Source of the DNA: Gekko japonicus
Taxonomy: Eukaryota
Assembly (NCBI RefSeq): GCF_001447785.1
Contig: NW_015166423.1
Span: 130,877-194,876, forward strand
DNA: 64,000 nucleotides
Direction: 5' to 3'
Part shown: piece by piece, positions 13,560 through 26,420 of the stretch
Numbering within the stretch: the first letter of the stretch is position 1
Layout of the letters: each line of letters begins with the position of its first letter
Made by a program: the position numbers and the translations under genes
Notes under the pieces: generated by a model
Told to the model about the DNA's origin: nothing
The model's input: only the letters and a program-made list of their open reading frames with translations
Databases searched by the model: none

Positions 13560-14059
13560 GCCTGCACAATGTTTTTAGAAGGTGGTTGGGGCCAGAGATC
13601 TAATTGGCTGTGCAGATTAAAATAATGTTGCTTTGGTGGTGGCTGACACCACATTGTTGGTTTTATTCTCTTTCACTCCTCTTTCCCAGTTTTTTTTTAA
13701 ATTACTCCCCTTCTCCCCTGTACTTGGACTATCTATCTGGGGGAGGGGGCTGTGCCTCCTGTGGCAGCCATTGTGTGGTTGTGTCCACCATCCTGTGCCA
13801 GAATTCCAAAGGTACCCACAAGCAATGCTCCCTCTAAGCTGTGGAGTCCTGTGAGCAAAAATTCTACTTTGTGAGCTACCAGCATTCAAGTTGTGAGCAA
13901 GCAATTTGGCTACTGCATAAATTAGTTTGCTCTAGAGCCATCCTTCCTGAGCTTAGACAAAGATCTGTGAGCTGGAGGCTAAAAAACTGTGAGCTAGCTC
14001 ACACTAACTCAACTTAGAGGGAACACTGCCCACAAGCTCAAAAAGCTTGGGGACCCCTG
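13560..14059. mobile_element. hAT-Charlie-type MITE (right end intact) hosting a nested MITE
   Basis: Ends ttggggacccctg followed by CTCTAGAG (NTCTAGAN Charlie target); left end not located. Confidence 0.6.
13823..14028. mobile_element. Nested hAT MITE
   Basis: TIRs caatgctccctctaag / cttagagggaacactg; exact 8-bp TSD CCCACAAG. Confidence 0.9.
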
Positions 14060-14524
14060 CTCTAGAGAGCTCTACCAGTCAGAGTAGATGATGGGTAGAC
14101 CAGTATAAGGTGGCATGTGTTCATTTGCTATGTGTTACTACTGGAAATTGTATGGTTTAAATTTCAGCACTTCATTTAACATTTTCTTCTCACAAAAAAT
14201 TGCTCCCATTTCAGTAGTGAATCCCTCTTTTACAAATGTTATCTATGAGAAGCTTCCATTACGTTTTGATATATTGGATGAGATCTTTCTGGAAGATTGA
14301 AAGATAATTGGATGCAGCAGTCTAAGTTGGTATGAACATGTTACATCTGCCTACCCCTCTTTTGCAGATGCTTATTCTGTATCTCAGAATGGAACCCAAG
14401 ACTGGAAAAGGAAAACAGTTACCTCAGTGGTTTTGTGAAAAGGTGAACAAAGGTCACATTCTGTAAGTGTAATAAGGATATAGTAGCTTGTAGAAAAAAA
14501 TGAAGGTTTACAGACACAAATGAG

Positions 14525-14527
<3 letters not shown>

Positions 14528-14579
<52 letters not shown>
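14528..14579. repeat. (AAT)n microsatellite, probably a LINE/SINE tail
   Basis: About 17 AAT units adjoining an L2-like reverse tail (gctctgagcgatttaca). Confidence 0.9.
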
Positions 14580-14866
14580 TCTTTCGATTTATTAATCGCT
14601 CAATCCTGCAGAGCTGCTGGCTCTGAGCGATTTACAGTTACACATATTCACAAGGGACTAACAATGATTCATAGGGGGTAAGGGAGGACAACATATAAAT
14701 CTTTTTTAAGTCGCACACAGCCGATGGGGATTTTGTTCAACTGTAGACTTAGACGTGTTCCAGACGGCATTCACTCGGCTTGGCTTGATGACGTCAGTTT
14801 TTCCAGGACTGGTTGTATATTGGTTGTATATTGTTAAAGTGTTAGAAAGATACATTAAGCATCCAG

Positions 14867-15195
14867 TAGGGGTGTGCAGTTTTAAAAAATTCAGTATTTT
14901 TCGTTTCGGGTCGATTGGACCTCATAAAATTTCTGTATTTCATAAAAAATCCCATATCCCAATACTGATACAGGATTGGGATCCTGGATTTTTCGGAAAT
15001 CCCATTTTTTTTCCTGGTCTAATAGACCTGAGAAGAAAAATACCAGATTTTTTGAAAAGCCAGCCTGATCGGCTTCTCCCGCAGCCTGGTTTAAACCACG
15101 CCACAGGAGAAACCAGCTCCCGGATCTGTGTGCTGCAGGGAGGTCGCTCCCCAAAGTACACAGATCCTGGCTTGGATGGCTTTTCCTTCAGTGCG
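14867..15195. mobile_element. Partial hAT-type non-autonomous element
   Basis: Starts taggggtgtgca with cgga/tccg-rich subterminal sequence; abuts the L1 tail. Confidence 0.5.
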
Positions 15196-15196
15196 G

Positions 15197-15900
15197 TTTA
15201 TTTTTTTATTTATTTTAGTTTTAAAATGTTTATTGAAAGATATTCCATATAAACAGTGAAATCAATACGCTCAATCCTTATTACATAGCAAAACATATAG
15301 CATAACATTGTGAGTCCATGTATCATTAAACCAATGTAAACAACTAACGCTGTTGAGAGACCTTCTCATAACCTTAATCTTAAAACACTATTTGTGGTAC
15401 CAAGAGAATTAAAGGAGTGTTCAGACCTTAGTAAACAACTTCATAGGTGAAGCCATAATCCTCTGTGCCACCTTATAGACACAAAATTTTTAATGCGTAG
15501 GTGCTGCATTTCCCCCAACACTCAGGCTCAAAAAAGGTCATCTATCCTGGTAACCAATACCACATGTTTGGGATGTAGAAACATTCTTCCTGCTCTGGAG
15601 GGATCTTACATTATGATCTATCACCACTATCCAACTGCTAGCTATTTTTTGTTGCTGTTGTTGAAAACACATCTACTTAAATAAGAAATCAAGGTCCCTT
15701 GAATTAAGTTCTGGGTCAAAGTTTGGTGGATAATCTCACATTACTCTTCTCTGGATAGAGAATCTCTACTCCCTTAAGAAAGTAACTTCAATTTGTATTA
15801 CAGAGACTTGGCGAGAGTTAGGAAGTCTTTTAGAAGCATTGGTTTTTATCTGAATTAACCAAATGTACTCCTTCAAATTTTTAATAACAATTGTCACAGG
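15197..15900 (-). mobile_element. L1 3' fragment (ORF2 C-terminus, 3'UTR, A-rich tail)
   Basis: T-rich tail with tttattg (AATAAA reversed); decayed ORF2 residues such as LHPKHVVL and LAVG..I..WK.P on the minus strand. Confidence 0.7.
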
Positions 15901-16909
15901 CAACCTAAGGCTACAGATGTAAGGGAACTATGTTCAAAAGTGACATTTGAGGATTTCATGTTGATCTTACTGGGACAAAGCTGTATATATACAAGATAGC
16001 AGAATGATGCCCCAAAACATGTTATGCTGTGCTCAGGGAACTGTGCTGACAGATTGTGCAATGCACCATGACAGTTTCAAAGACTTTTGCTCTTCAGGTG
16101 GCACATGGAGGGGAGAGGCAGAGAGGAGGAAGCCGTTTTTCATAGAAAACAAGGAAGGTACACATAATCCCCAAGAGCTAAAATACAGAAGACAATTAGA
16201 TGTTCTGAGTGCAGCCCATTTAGCCGCTGAAGAAATGATCAAGATAGTGGGGTTTAAATGAGTCTGAAACACTTGAGCTATTTTGACCTTTGATATGCCT
16301 AGAAAATTATCATAATAATTGAAAAAAAGAACTCACTGAACCTGAGACATGAGAGATACTTTCTTTGACCACAGTGGATTATAGCAGGTGAAATGTAAGT
16401 GCTGGCACTGTCAAAGTAAGTTTATATGTTCTGTTATGGAATGACTCCAAGTCTGGAAGCAACTCTAGGCTTGTAATACAGATGTCTCCCTTTCTTGCTC
16501 CTTTATGTTTTATTGCCATCTTTGTTCTACACACCATGTTTTTCATACAGCCAAGGAGATTCCACTATCTCTCTTCAAACAAGTACTCCTAATATTTTAG
16601 TGGCAAACTAAATATTGCTGATCCAAACCAGCCCCTTTACACACGTCTCTGAGATGAGATAAGGTTTTGCTCACCATTCAGAAAGGAAAGTGCAAAACTC
16701 ATCCAGTCCTGGTGAAAGCTTCTTGTTGTCTTTGACCATCTGAGGCACAAAAAGCTAATTCCCCTCACTTTTGCACTGGTCGAACTCTGCTTCTGCCTCT
16801 GTCCTGAACTCCCCTAGAAAGTGCTAAGAAAATGATGTAATTTGTTTGCTTGTGGAATATAAATAAAATTCTGGCCTATCTCCTTGGAAATGGAGTGATG
16901 AGTATAGAT

Positions 16910-17210
16910 TAGGGTTGCCAAATCCACTTACCCCTCAGAGTGGGGGAGCCTCGTCGGTGTCTGGGAGGTCCTTTGGGGGGCGCGCCAGCAGGACGTCACC
17001 AGAAGTGACGTGCAACGTTGCAGATGTTGGGGGCGTGGCCGAGCTCGACCATATGGTTTCCCCCGACGAGCTCAGCCACGCCCCCAACGTCAGCAACGTG
17101 GCGACGCAGCTTCGGGGGCGGGGTTCCCCCGGGCCCCGATTCAGCTGGGGTGGAAATCAGGGCTCCAAAGCGAGGGATTCTCCGCCCCCCAGGCCCATTT
17201 GGCAACCCTA
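16910..17210. mobile_element. CpG-rich hAT MITE (TAGGGTTGCCA TIR); same family in opposite orientation at 43508-43775
   Basis: TIRs tagggttgccaaat / atttggcaacccta; exact 8-bp TSD GTATAGAT. Confidence 0.92.
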
Positions 17211-19534
17211 GTATAGATGGCTGGCAAAGTGTTGCTTAGCTGGAAATTTATTTCTTTGAAAACTGTGTTCTCTGTGTTGTTCACTTCCCTGTATCTCGTC
17301 TGTTCTTAATAAACTCCAAAATAGGGTTGAATATTCTGGGCTAGTCATTGTTCACTCCCACCCCCTTTGTGAGAAGAAGTAGTTCTAATCCTAAGCAAGT
17401 GGAAAACATGGAGGTGGGAAATGGCTTGTTGTATGCTTGAATCCCCCTCTCAAGAAAGCATCCCCGAGCATGAATTTTCCTCTTCTCTGATATTAGATTA
17501 TCTTTACCTCCTAGTCAGAGGGTGCAAGTGCAGTATTAAAGGAAGTTATAATGCCATCATCTATTACAAGGGCCTTTGGGGGTGTGTGTGTGGAAAATTT
17601 GTCTACAGAGCTAATGTCACAGAAAATATATCAGATCCAATTTGAACCTGCCTTTCAAATTGCTACAGATGTTTTAAATTATTTTCCTACCAGTGCATAC
17701 CTTAGCTCAGGATTAAAAATGCCATACATTTCTATGATTCATGCATTTTATGGTGTATAGTATACCTCCAGTCCAGCTTTGAGCATCCTGTATGGTTCAG
17801 AAAAGAGGATTCAGCAAAGCTCTGGAAAACAGGAAAAGCTGATATTCTGGGTTAATAGTGGCATCATTGGGCTGAGGACCCACAAGCTGCAGAACTATAC
17901 AAGCAATGGTATGTCCAGGATGAGAAATGGACTAGAGACTGAACATGACATTCAATTTTTGTACTGTCAAGGTCAATCCTGGATGTACTATAATCCTAAC
18001 CAAAATATTCTGCCCTTTTAATTTACTGGGTGTCTTTACTTTCTAATATCTGTGATTCTTTTCTTCTTTTGTGTAAAACCCAAACTCATCAATCTCCTGC
18101 CTTGCCCAAAGGTCATAACATCAATACTCAGTATGATTGACTTGGGATTAATCCATAAACCTTACTTTTGTTCAAACATATGTGTCCTTTCCCCCAAAGA
18201 GACGAGTACAGAGAAATGTTACTGACCTCTATGAAGCTTGGAGTTGTATTCCTGAGGCTATTTGCAGTGATTCTATGGTAGGAAAATTGAAGATTGTTGC
18301 CATAGGCTTCTATGTTTTCTAGGCCTCAGAAGTGCATTAATATCTGATCCTAACATGTAAGAGTATTACTTATATTCTTGGAATTGAGCAGACATTCACT
18401 GAGTGGAAAACTTGACCTTGTTAATGATTGTAGACCTTTTGGAAAGGGGGCATGGCACTGGGAAATGCCAGTCAGGTTGAAAGATTCAGCAGCCAACATG
18501 ATGAGACTGTATAGTTTTTATTATGGATATGCATCTTTAATAACATCTGTGACTCCAGATAAGGGTTAGCGGAAAGAAGTAAAAGTGTATTCGTAGGTCT
18601 GAAAGCATATAATTATTCTGAGAAGAGTTTAGATAAGACTTCAATAATCCTAAAGAAAAGTTGAAATGCTTGTAAGGCTTTCAGAACCCATTTTGATATA
18701 TTAAGTTTAAAAAGTTATTTTGCTTCCTGAACCTCTTGATTATGCGAAGGAAAGCACCAGTATATTATAATCATTGAACCATTAAATAGGAGTGCACCAG
18801 CCTATTAAAATTAATAGGGCTGCTTGGAACTGGGGTGGATGCAAAAGAAAATAAAACCCATGGTGATTAGCTGTCAGAATATCACCTCTGTTTGTCAAGA
18901 TGAATGGCATAGCCAAACTTTTATGTAATGGTCTATCTATTTTTCTTTATTATAATTCCTGTGTACCTTTCACCTTTAAAAAGCAGAAGATCAAAATTAG
19001 ATGGAAATGGTATGCCCATCCTTTGCAACAATAGAAGGAATAATAATATCATCTCAAATGGTAAAATTGGTTTTGTATGCAGCGCTCCCCATCTCCTTGC
19101 CAGCAGGATTGTAGGCAAGATCACATATATTACTAAACTGCATGTGAAGTTATTGGTCACATGGTTACTGACTTGCAAGATTTGGAATATATTGCAGAAT
19201 GAAATGAGACATGCTGTCAGACGTTTCTGGTTGTGCAGAATGAAAATGAGACCTGATAATAGTGAGACACACAACTAAATCTGGTTCCTTGCAATAAGAT
19301 GTAAAATGTCCAGACTTCTTGTCATCTGGAGTGTGCCATGGCATGAGCTCCTGCCCCTCTGTCATATTCCTAATTCTGTTAAAGTAACACACAGGTGAGC
19401 ATGGTCCTGGCCAAGACTTGGGAAGTCTGTAGGTGGGAGTCTCAGGAGTGCAGAGGTGCTTAAAAACCTTTCTAAAACATAATTGAGCATTTTTTTAAAA
19501 AATGGATTGATACTGGGTTTTAGTGGGCAAACTG

Positions 19535-19780
19535 GAGAGCCAGTTTGGTGTAGTGGTAATTACGCAGACTCTAATCTGGGAGAACCAGGTTTGATTCCCC
19601 AGTCCTCCACTTGCAGCTGCTGGATGACCTTGGGCAAGCCATAGTTCTGTCAGGGCTGTTCGCTCAAAGACAGTTATGGAAAGAGCTCTCTCAGACCCAC
19701 CTACCTCAGAGGGTGTCTGTTGCAAGGAGGGGAGGGAAAGGAGTTTGTAGGCCGCTCTGAGACTCCGAGGAAGAAATAAA
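19535..19780 (+). mobile_element. Squam3-type tRNA-derived SINE
   Basis: gagccagtttggtgtagtggt (box A) and ggtttgattcccc (box B); body matches the copy at 53081. Confidence 0.88.
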
Positions 19781-19912
19781 AAGCAGGCCTATTCAGAAGC
19801 AAGTGCCATTTTATTCAATAGGGCTTTCTTCTCGGAGAGCATTCTTAGAATTGCAGTCACAGTGACTAAGTGTATAAACTTTGTTCATGAACCTTTACTG
19901 ATTCAACACCTG

Positions 19913-20081
19913 CAGGGCTCTTTTTGTAGCAGGAACTCCTTTTCATATTAGGCGATCCACCCCTAATGTAGCCAATCCTCCAAGAGCTTACAGTAGCCCC
20001 TGTACGAAGAGCTCTCTAAGCTCTTGGATGATTGGCTATATTAGGGGTGTGTCACCTAATATGCAAAGGAGTTCCTGCTAC
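19913..20081. mobile_element. Palindromic hAT-like MITE, right TIR truncated
   Basis: gtagcaggaactcctt...agccaatc.tccaagagctta mirrored by taagctcttggatgattggcta...aaggagttcctgctac. Confidence 0.8.
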
Positions 20082-20344
20082 GTCAGCTTATACTTTTACA
20101 TACTGCTTTCTTGTGTTCCATGCTCTTTAAACCCGGGGTGCTTCCATGTGGAAGGGATTTTCTGAGGTGGTCATGTTGCTGATGTGATTGTTGGTCCATT
20201 CATATTTGCAACAGAAATTCCACTCAGGACAGGCTAATGCATTTTTCCTCATTTCCTACAGTACCAGAATCCTCTAATCGTGATGCCGTTTTAAAAAGAA
20301 GTGGAGTTTTCAGTGGAAATATTGGGGAGCATATAATTCATAAT

Positions 20345-20895
20345 CAGGGGTCATTTCGTAGAAAAAGAGGTGCAGGAGCTCATTAGCATAACTCATTAGC
20401 ATAAGTTATTTGCATATGCCACACCCCCTGACATCACTGGAAGTATGTCAGAGGGCAAGAAAGAAAGAAGGAAGGAAGAGAGAGCGAGAGAGAGGGAGAG
20501 AGAGAGAGATGGGAAGGAAGGAAGGAGAAAGAAAGCCAATAGGGAGAGAGGAGTGGAAGCGAGGGAAGGAGGGAGGGAGGGGAGAGCTGGAAATGCTCAG
20601 ATTTAAATCCCCCCCGTCTCTCTGCAAAAGCAGAGAGGCTCAGGGGAGAGGCAGGCATGTCTGGGTTCCCAGGGCATTTATTTCCCCCTCCCCGAGTCTC
20701 TCTGCAAAAGCGGAGAGTCTCAGAGGAAGACATGCCTGGCTTCCCTGCTCGATCTTCTCCAAGTGCCCCATGGCTGTGGGGCACTTGGAGAAGATGGGGC
20801 AGGGAACGCAGGGCATTTCATTCCCCCCTGGGGGGGCCTGGGCTCGTTTCTGCCGGAGCGCTGCTCCAGGGCACTCCGGGAGGAAATGACCCCTG
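20345..20895. mobile_element. hAT non-autonomous element with internal purine-rich low-complexity tract
   Basis: TIRs caggggtcatttc / gaaatgacccctg; near-TSD attcata(a)t. Confidence 0.85.
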
Positions 20896-21860
20896 ATTCA
20901 TATACAAGTAGAGGATGGCATTGTGTGGAAACAACAAAAAAACTGTACAACTCAGGTTGCTAAAATATTGGGAAAACATCATTGTGGAAACACCTGAATA
21001 TCTGTCTAACACACCGAACACTTTATCACTTCAGTATTTTTTTCAGAAAGAACACCATGATTTCTAACCACAGCTCAATTTTCATATTATACTTTTCCAT
21101 CCTTCTTGCTACGTGTGTCTGCCTCTGGAAGTGTTTGAATTTTCAGATGTGCTAGAAATCAGCTGTGCATTTCAGATCAAATTATTCCCTTTGATTATAT
21201 TCATATCTGTTTTGTTTGTAAATAAAAAGGAGCAAATGACTGACAGAATCTAGACCATAAAAAGATCTATGTGGTTACCAGTTTATGTAGTTTTGGCAAA
21301 AGAAAATTGCATGGCATGTTTTTGTGAAGCTGAACTAGGGCTTCTTGAAAGTTCAGCCACTGCGTGTTTATTATAAGCACAGTGTGGTTATTGCCTGCAA
21401 GCCTGGACTGAAGAAAACTGCAGCCTACCCAGTGCAAATCTGTGAAAAAGACTGGGTTTAAAATACAAATTAAGTTGAATGGGACAGTTATCTTGCATCC
21501 AGGAGTTTCCTCTAATTTGCAAGTTACAGCACCAGCAAAAGATAGGGTAGAGAAATCAGCAGTGATGAAAAATAAGATAGCAATTATGATATGAATTGCT
21601 GCTCTTAGCATTGCAGTTGGTAATCAGTACAGACTTTGGTGCATTATAAATTAGTTGATATAGCACAGCAGTGATCTGTTTCATTGGTTCTATTTACGGT
21701 TCCCATATTTGATTAAATATTGAAAAGCTGCATCATTGAAAAAAAACTTTTCACTCCCTTCTCATCATAGCTTTGGGAATTCTGTGTATGTCTATGTTGT
21801 TGCTATGGAGAGAGAAATGATTTCCCGAGATCTTCAGTATCTCAATTCATTGTTCTAGAT

Positions 21861-22166
21861 CAGGGGTGGCAAAACTTGCTTGACATAAGAGCCACGTAGA
21901 ATAAACATCAGATGTTTGAGAGCCACAAGACATGAACACATATTACATATTTTTACTGGTAAATATGCAAATTTGCTTTTTATTAACATTAAATGAGACT
22001 GCCAAAAATAATAAGTGGTAAAAGCAGATATTTATAATGATATTTATTTGTCCAATGATATTTGTTTGCTAATGATATTTAGCTTCCCCAGCCGCCCTGT
22101 TGGGAGCCGCACAATATGTGTGAAAGAGCTGCATGTGGCTCCCGATCCACAGTTTGGCCACCCCTG
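21861..22166. mobile_element. hAT-Charlie MITE
   Basis: TIRs caggggtggcaaaac / gtttggccacccctg; exact 8-bp TSD TTCTAGAT. Confidence 0.93.
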
Positions 22167-23150
22167 TTCTAGATTATTTGTATCAAAAGCATAACAATAA
22201 TCTCATGTTTAATGTATGGTTGATTTTTGTTTACTAAAGCACATGGAAAGTTATAAATACAGACATTTTAATTCCAGATCTAACTTAGTACAATATTTTA
22301 GGCAACCATTTTTAGATATTTCAAGTTGTGCTTTTTGATAATCTTCAGTGGCAGTTTGGGCACTCACTGTTTCCAAATCACACTCAACAGGTTTAGATGA
22401 TTACATTCTTTTTTATAATGCATTTCTGAAGACAAATGCAAAGACGTATCCCAAGGGTAAAAGTATTATTTACTCAAGATAAAAATTGTAATTCTAAAAT
22501 CCTATATATATTTGTAATTATACCCAACTGTTTCTTTTCAGTTCAGGAATATCTAAAATGGCATCAAGGCACTCCTGAAATTTTGAGATTCTTGAAATTT
22601 ATATCCTAAAATGTTATTTTGACTTCCATTGGATCTGTGGCAGTAGACCTGGCCTGCAAAATGTTGGCAGAATGTAGATATGCAGTAAAGTGGAGCACAA
22701 ACTGTTTAAAGAATAACGTTGGTTTATTAAGGAGAGAACAAACTTTCTTTGTCTGACTAGCTGGGAGGGAATCAATAACAAACTGTTCTCAGCAGTAGGA
22801 AAGAGCCCTAACTGAGCCAATTAGGAGACAGGAAGGAGACTATTTGAAAATAGTAGAAAGTTCTTAATCTCAATATGCTAACTAGTTGTCCCCTCTGCTG
22901 CCCCTTGCAGGATGTTCTTGTCATTTTCTTTATCTATGCATGATAGATCTTGTATATTCCAAACACAGAATCCAGCCACCAGGTTTATTGCCTTCATGTG
23001 GAGGACATATCTACTACTACCCAATATTCCTTAAGCTGTAAAAATTATCTGAAATGGATTCCCAAAAATGGTATGAGTTCAATGTCAGGGTAATGGTCAT
23101 CATGCCCTTTTTTTGAAATACTGAAAATTTAGATTAATTTTTAATGTATT

Positions 23151-23373
23151 TGTGTGTGTGTGCGTGTGTGTATTTGCCTGGAAGTCATGGTTGACTTCTG
23201 GCAACCCCTAGTGGGGCTTAGATGTTTCAGAGAGGTGGCTTGCTATTGCCTGTTTCTGCATCCCAGCTCTGGTATTCTTTGGAGGTTTCCCTTCCAAGTT
23301 TTTGCCAGGGTCGGCCCTGCTTAGCTTGTGAGATCTGATAGGATTCGGCTTGCCTGAGCTATCCAGGTCAGGG
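23151..23373 (-). mobile_element. 5S rRNA-derived SINE (5S-Sauria-like)
   Basis: Reverse strand carries a 5S-like cagatctcacaagctaagcaggg...cttggaagggaaacctcc...gaatacca; (CA)n tail; imperfect TSD agat(t)aatttttaatg. Confidence 0.88.
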
Positions 23374-25237
23374 CAGATAATTTTTTTAATGATTAAAAGA
23401 ATAAACAAGAACTTTCCTAATGTTAGCGATAATCTATGAACAATAAGAAAGATTACATCTTTAACAGTTGAACAAACTTCTGCGCTATGATTAAATCATT
23501 GTTAAAACCTGAATATTGTCTTAATCGTTTGTCAAAATCTATGTTTTATTCTTACTAAATATTTAAATACTGGTGAATACTAAATAAAAAGATTAAAATG
23601 ATAATATCTTCATCACCTTTAATGTGATATTCACATAATTCCAAAAATTTAAAAAAATAGCTATTCCCCAAATATGAGTAGTAAGCTTGTAATTTCTGCT
23701 GAAATTCTTTCAGTAGTCTTTTTGAAGTGCACATCCCTATTTGGAAAGCATACTATCCAGAACCTCCCATATTGATCCCAGTTGACTTACTCTGAAGTCA
23801 TTAACCTTTCCACTGAATTCTTATGTCAGGGGGCAACTGAGAACATAAATAGCATAACTGGATAAGAGTAGCAAGGCAAATGAACATGGGCAGGAAACAG
23901 ACAGAAGTCAGGTAGCATACAGAAAGAGTTAGGGGTTCAGGTAAAATAAAAGCAGAGCAAGATGGGGAACTGCAAAAATACAACAGGGTTGATGTGCACC
24001 CAAGGTGCTCTAATGGGAGCTATTGATCAGATTGCCAGCAGCCTTTCAGAAGAGGTGCTAGGAGGCTTGAGCCAAGGAAAGCAGAAGAGCTCAAGTGGCT
24101 TCAGGTGAGCCTGCATTCTAAGACAGGGCTTGCACTGACAGGTCCATTATACACCTGTCCAGGGAGGATGCAATGATCACATCATCATTAATCAGACATC
24201 ACAGAGAGTACAGCTGAGCCCCTATTCACCAGTTGCAAGAGCTAGAAACAAGCAAGAAAACCAGACAGAGCAAAACAACCAAGGACAAACTTGTGCTCTA
24301 CTCCCACCTCACCCCAGTGTTGTCCTATGGAATTCTATAGGCAAGCATTCTCTAGGGAGAATGCAGCATCTCCTGCTGGATGTCCTATTGTGATTTGATC
24401 ACATATCGAAGTGTGACCAGTGCGAATACCACGTCTGCACATATTCAAGGTGTTAGGTGGAAGTGCAGAGGTTTACTTTGCAGCTACCTGTGCTACCCAT
24501 GTCTCTGAAACTGCCTTTCTATGGATTCTTTCTCAAACCCAAGAATGCCCATCTTTCTTGGACAGTCTGAAAGACTTGTGTATTCAGGTTGGTTTATGAA
24601 GACAGTAGCTACATGGGATGGGATGGGAAGTATTCACTGAACTGGTTTTTGGTTACCTCTGGATCTCAAAAGGTCAAGCAGCTGAAGACAGACAAAGAAA
24701 TCAAAGTAGACTTTTTATTTTTCTTTGATGGTACCTTGTCTTTAGGATTCATTACCCCTTGAGAGGGCAGGCCAAAACATTTTTTTCTCCCCCAAGCTTC
24801 TAACTGAGGGGCTCCATCTTTTAAAGCTGCTTTTATACTATCCTTCTAGCTTGAGGACTCTTTTATGAATATAATTTTTGTCTGTTGGATGCAGTTTATT
24901 TATCAACAGTTTTAAGATGGCTATTTTAATGATTTTGTTGCATTTTAGTTTCTACTTTGTAAGCAATATCTAGCATTTAAATTTTATGAATAAGCATTAA
25001 CCTGCTAGAACAAGGGAAAATATGTCCAAATTGAAAGTATTCACTTAAGAATTTTTCAAAAACATGCTATACCTATGCATAGGTATGAATGCCTTATTTT
25101 ATACAAATTTGATGTGATTCCATGCCCCTCTGAATCTGCAGCTCACTCACCTGTTCTTAGCCAATATCCACATGGGATTACTGGCAAGGCATTGCAAGAA
25201 AGTCGGGTAGTAAGCAGGCAGTGAGGATCTTGATAGA

Positions 25238-25655
25238 CTTATTTATTTATAATTTGAATTTATAAACCACCCTCCCTTGAGTACACAGGGCTCAGGGCAT
25301 TGGACAACAAAGAGTAAAAACAATAATAAATATTAAGAATTTAAATGATGCATAAATAATAAATAGTTAAAATATATAAAACAGTCTCAGATGGTGCAAC
25401 ATTCCAATTGTGTGTCTGCCTCAAGGAGGGGGGTAGAAAAGCAGGGAAAATGAGAGGAAAGAGGGAGTGCCAGTGAGATGGTACCCATCACTGTCCTCAA
25501 CCAAAAACCTAGCAGAACATCTGTGCCTTGCAAGCCCTACAGAAATGCATTAAGACCCGCAGGGTGTGGATGTTATTTGGCAGAGAGTTCCACCAGGTGG
25601 GAGCCAGGGCAGAAAAGGCCCTGGCTCTGGTTGAGGACAGCTGGACATCTTTTGG
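25238..25655 (-). mobile_element. L2 LINE 3' end
   Basis: TRARAFSALAPTWWNSLP...FCRACKAQMF followed by 3'UTR and (TAAA)n tail. Confidence 0.88.
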
Positions 25656-26420
25656 GCTGGTGATCATTTTTGTGGCTGGATGTATAACAAGCATAGATCT
25701 TGGAATGTTAGTTCATTACTGGTCTAGAGCAAAATGAGAGCTCAAGCAGTCCTGCAGGGAGGTATACACTCATACCTTTCTTCTCTAGGGGAATTAATTG
25801 GAACTAAAGGAGCTGTGATTAGAACTAAAGGCATGCTGGGATGTCTCTGCTATGTTGGGACATGGTATGGTAGTTTTAAATACAGAGAACTCTGTGGAAG
25901 TCACTGCTGCTTTCCTAGGAGCAGAAGGTAGAGGCATCCTTAAGTTTTACCTGCTGTTCTGGAGTAGTCTCTAGAACAGGTGGCTTCTTCAGTAGCTTTG
26001 TTCTAAAGTAGTGAAGGAAACTGGGCCTCCACTTTCTCCATTGTTTGGATGGCTCCCTAAACAGAAAAGGGTTAGAATCGTGGGTCATGACACTGTGCAG
26101 TTCCCACATTCATATTCCATTTGTCTCTTCTCTTCCAATATTCTCGTTCCCACAGTTATAGGATTGCTTGAAGCTACAGGATTGCCTATGGGAAGATACC
26201 ACTCAACTTAATATTGACCAACAGGAAAGAGATGGTAGATGGGGTGAAGGTGGTGGGGACCTGAGGGGGAAGTGACCACGTCCTGCTAGACTTCCTTTTG
26301 CTATGGGAGACCAAGGGAGTTCCTAGCCACACATGTAAGAATTAAGTATGGCAGATTTTAGTAAACTCAGGGGCATGATGAGAATCATTCCATGGGCAAG
26401 AGTGCTGGAAAGGAAAGGAG

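Noticed and set aside
14368-14462. Plus-strand AG...GT candidate exon (similar candidates near 4505-4556, 44131-44176 and 52083-52355)
   Set aside because: The translations match nothing I recognise and do not chain into a gene; such pairs are expected by chance.
21267-21611. 114-aa minus ORF with a signal-peptide-like start (MLRAAIHIIIAILFF)
   Set aside because: No recognisable domain and no strong splice donor; hydrophobic ORFs are common in T-rich DNA.
23820-24310. Purine-skewed stretch resembling an old LTR
   Set aside because: No definable termini, TSD or second copy.
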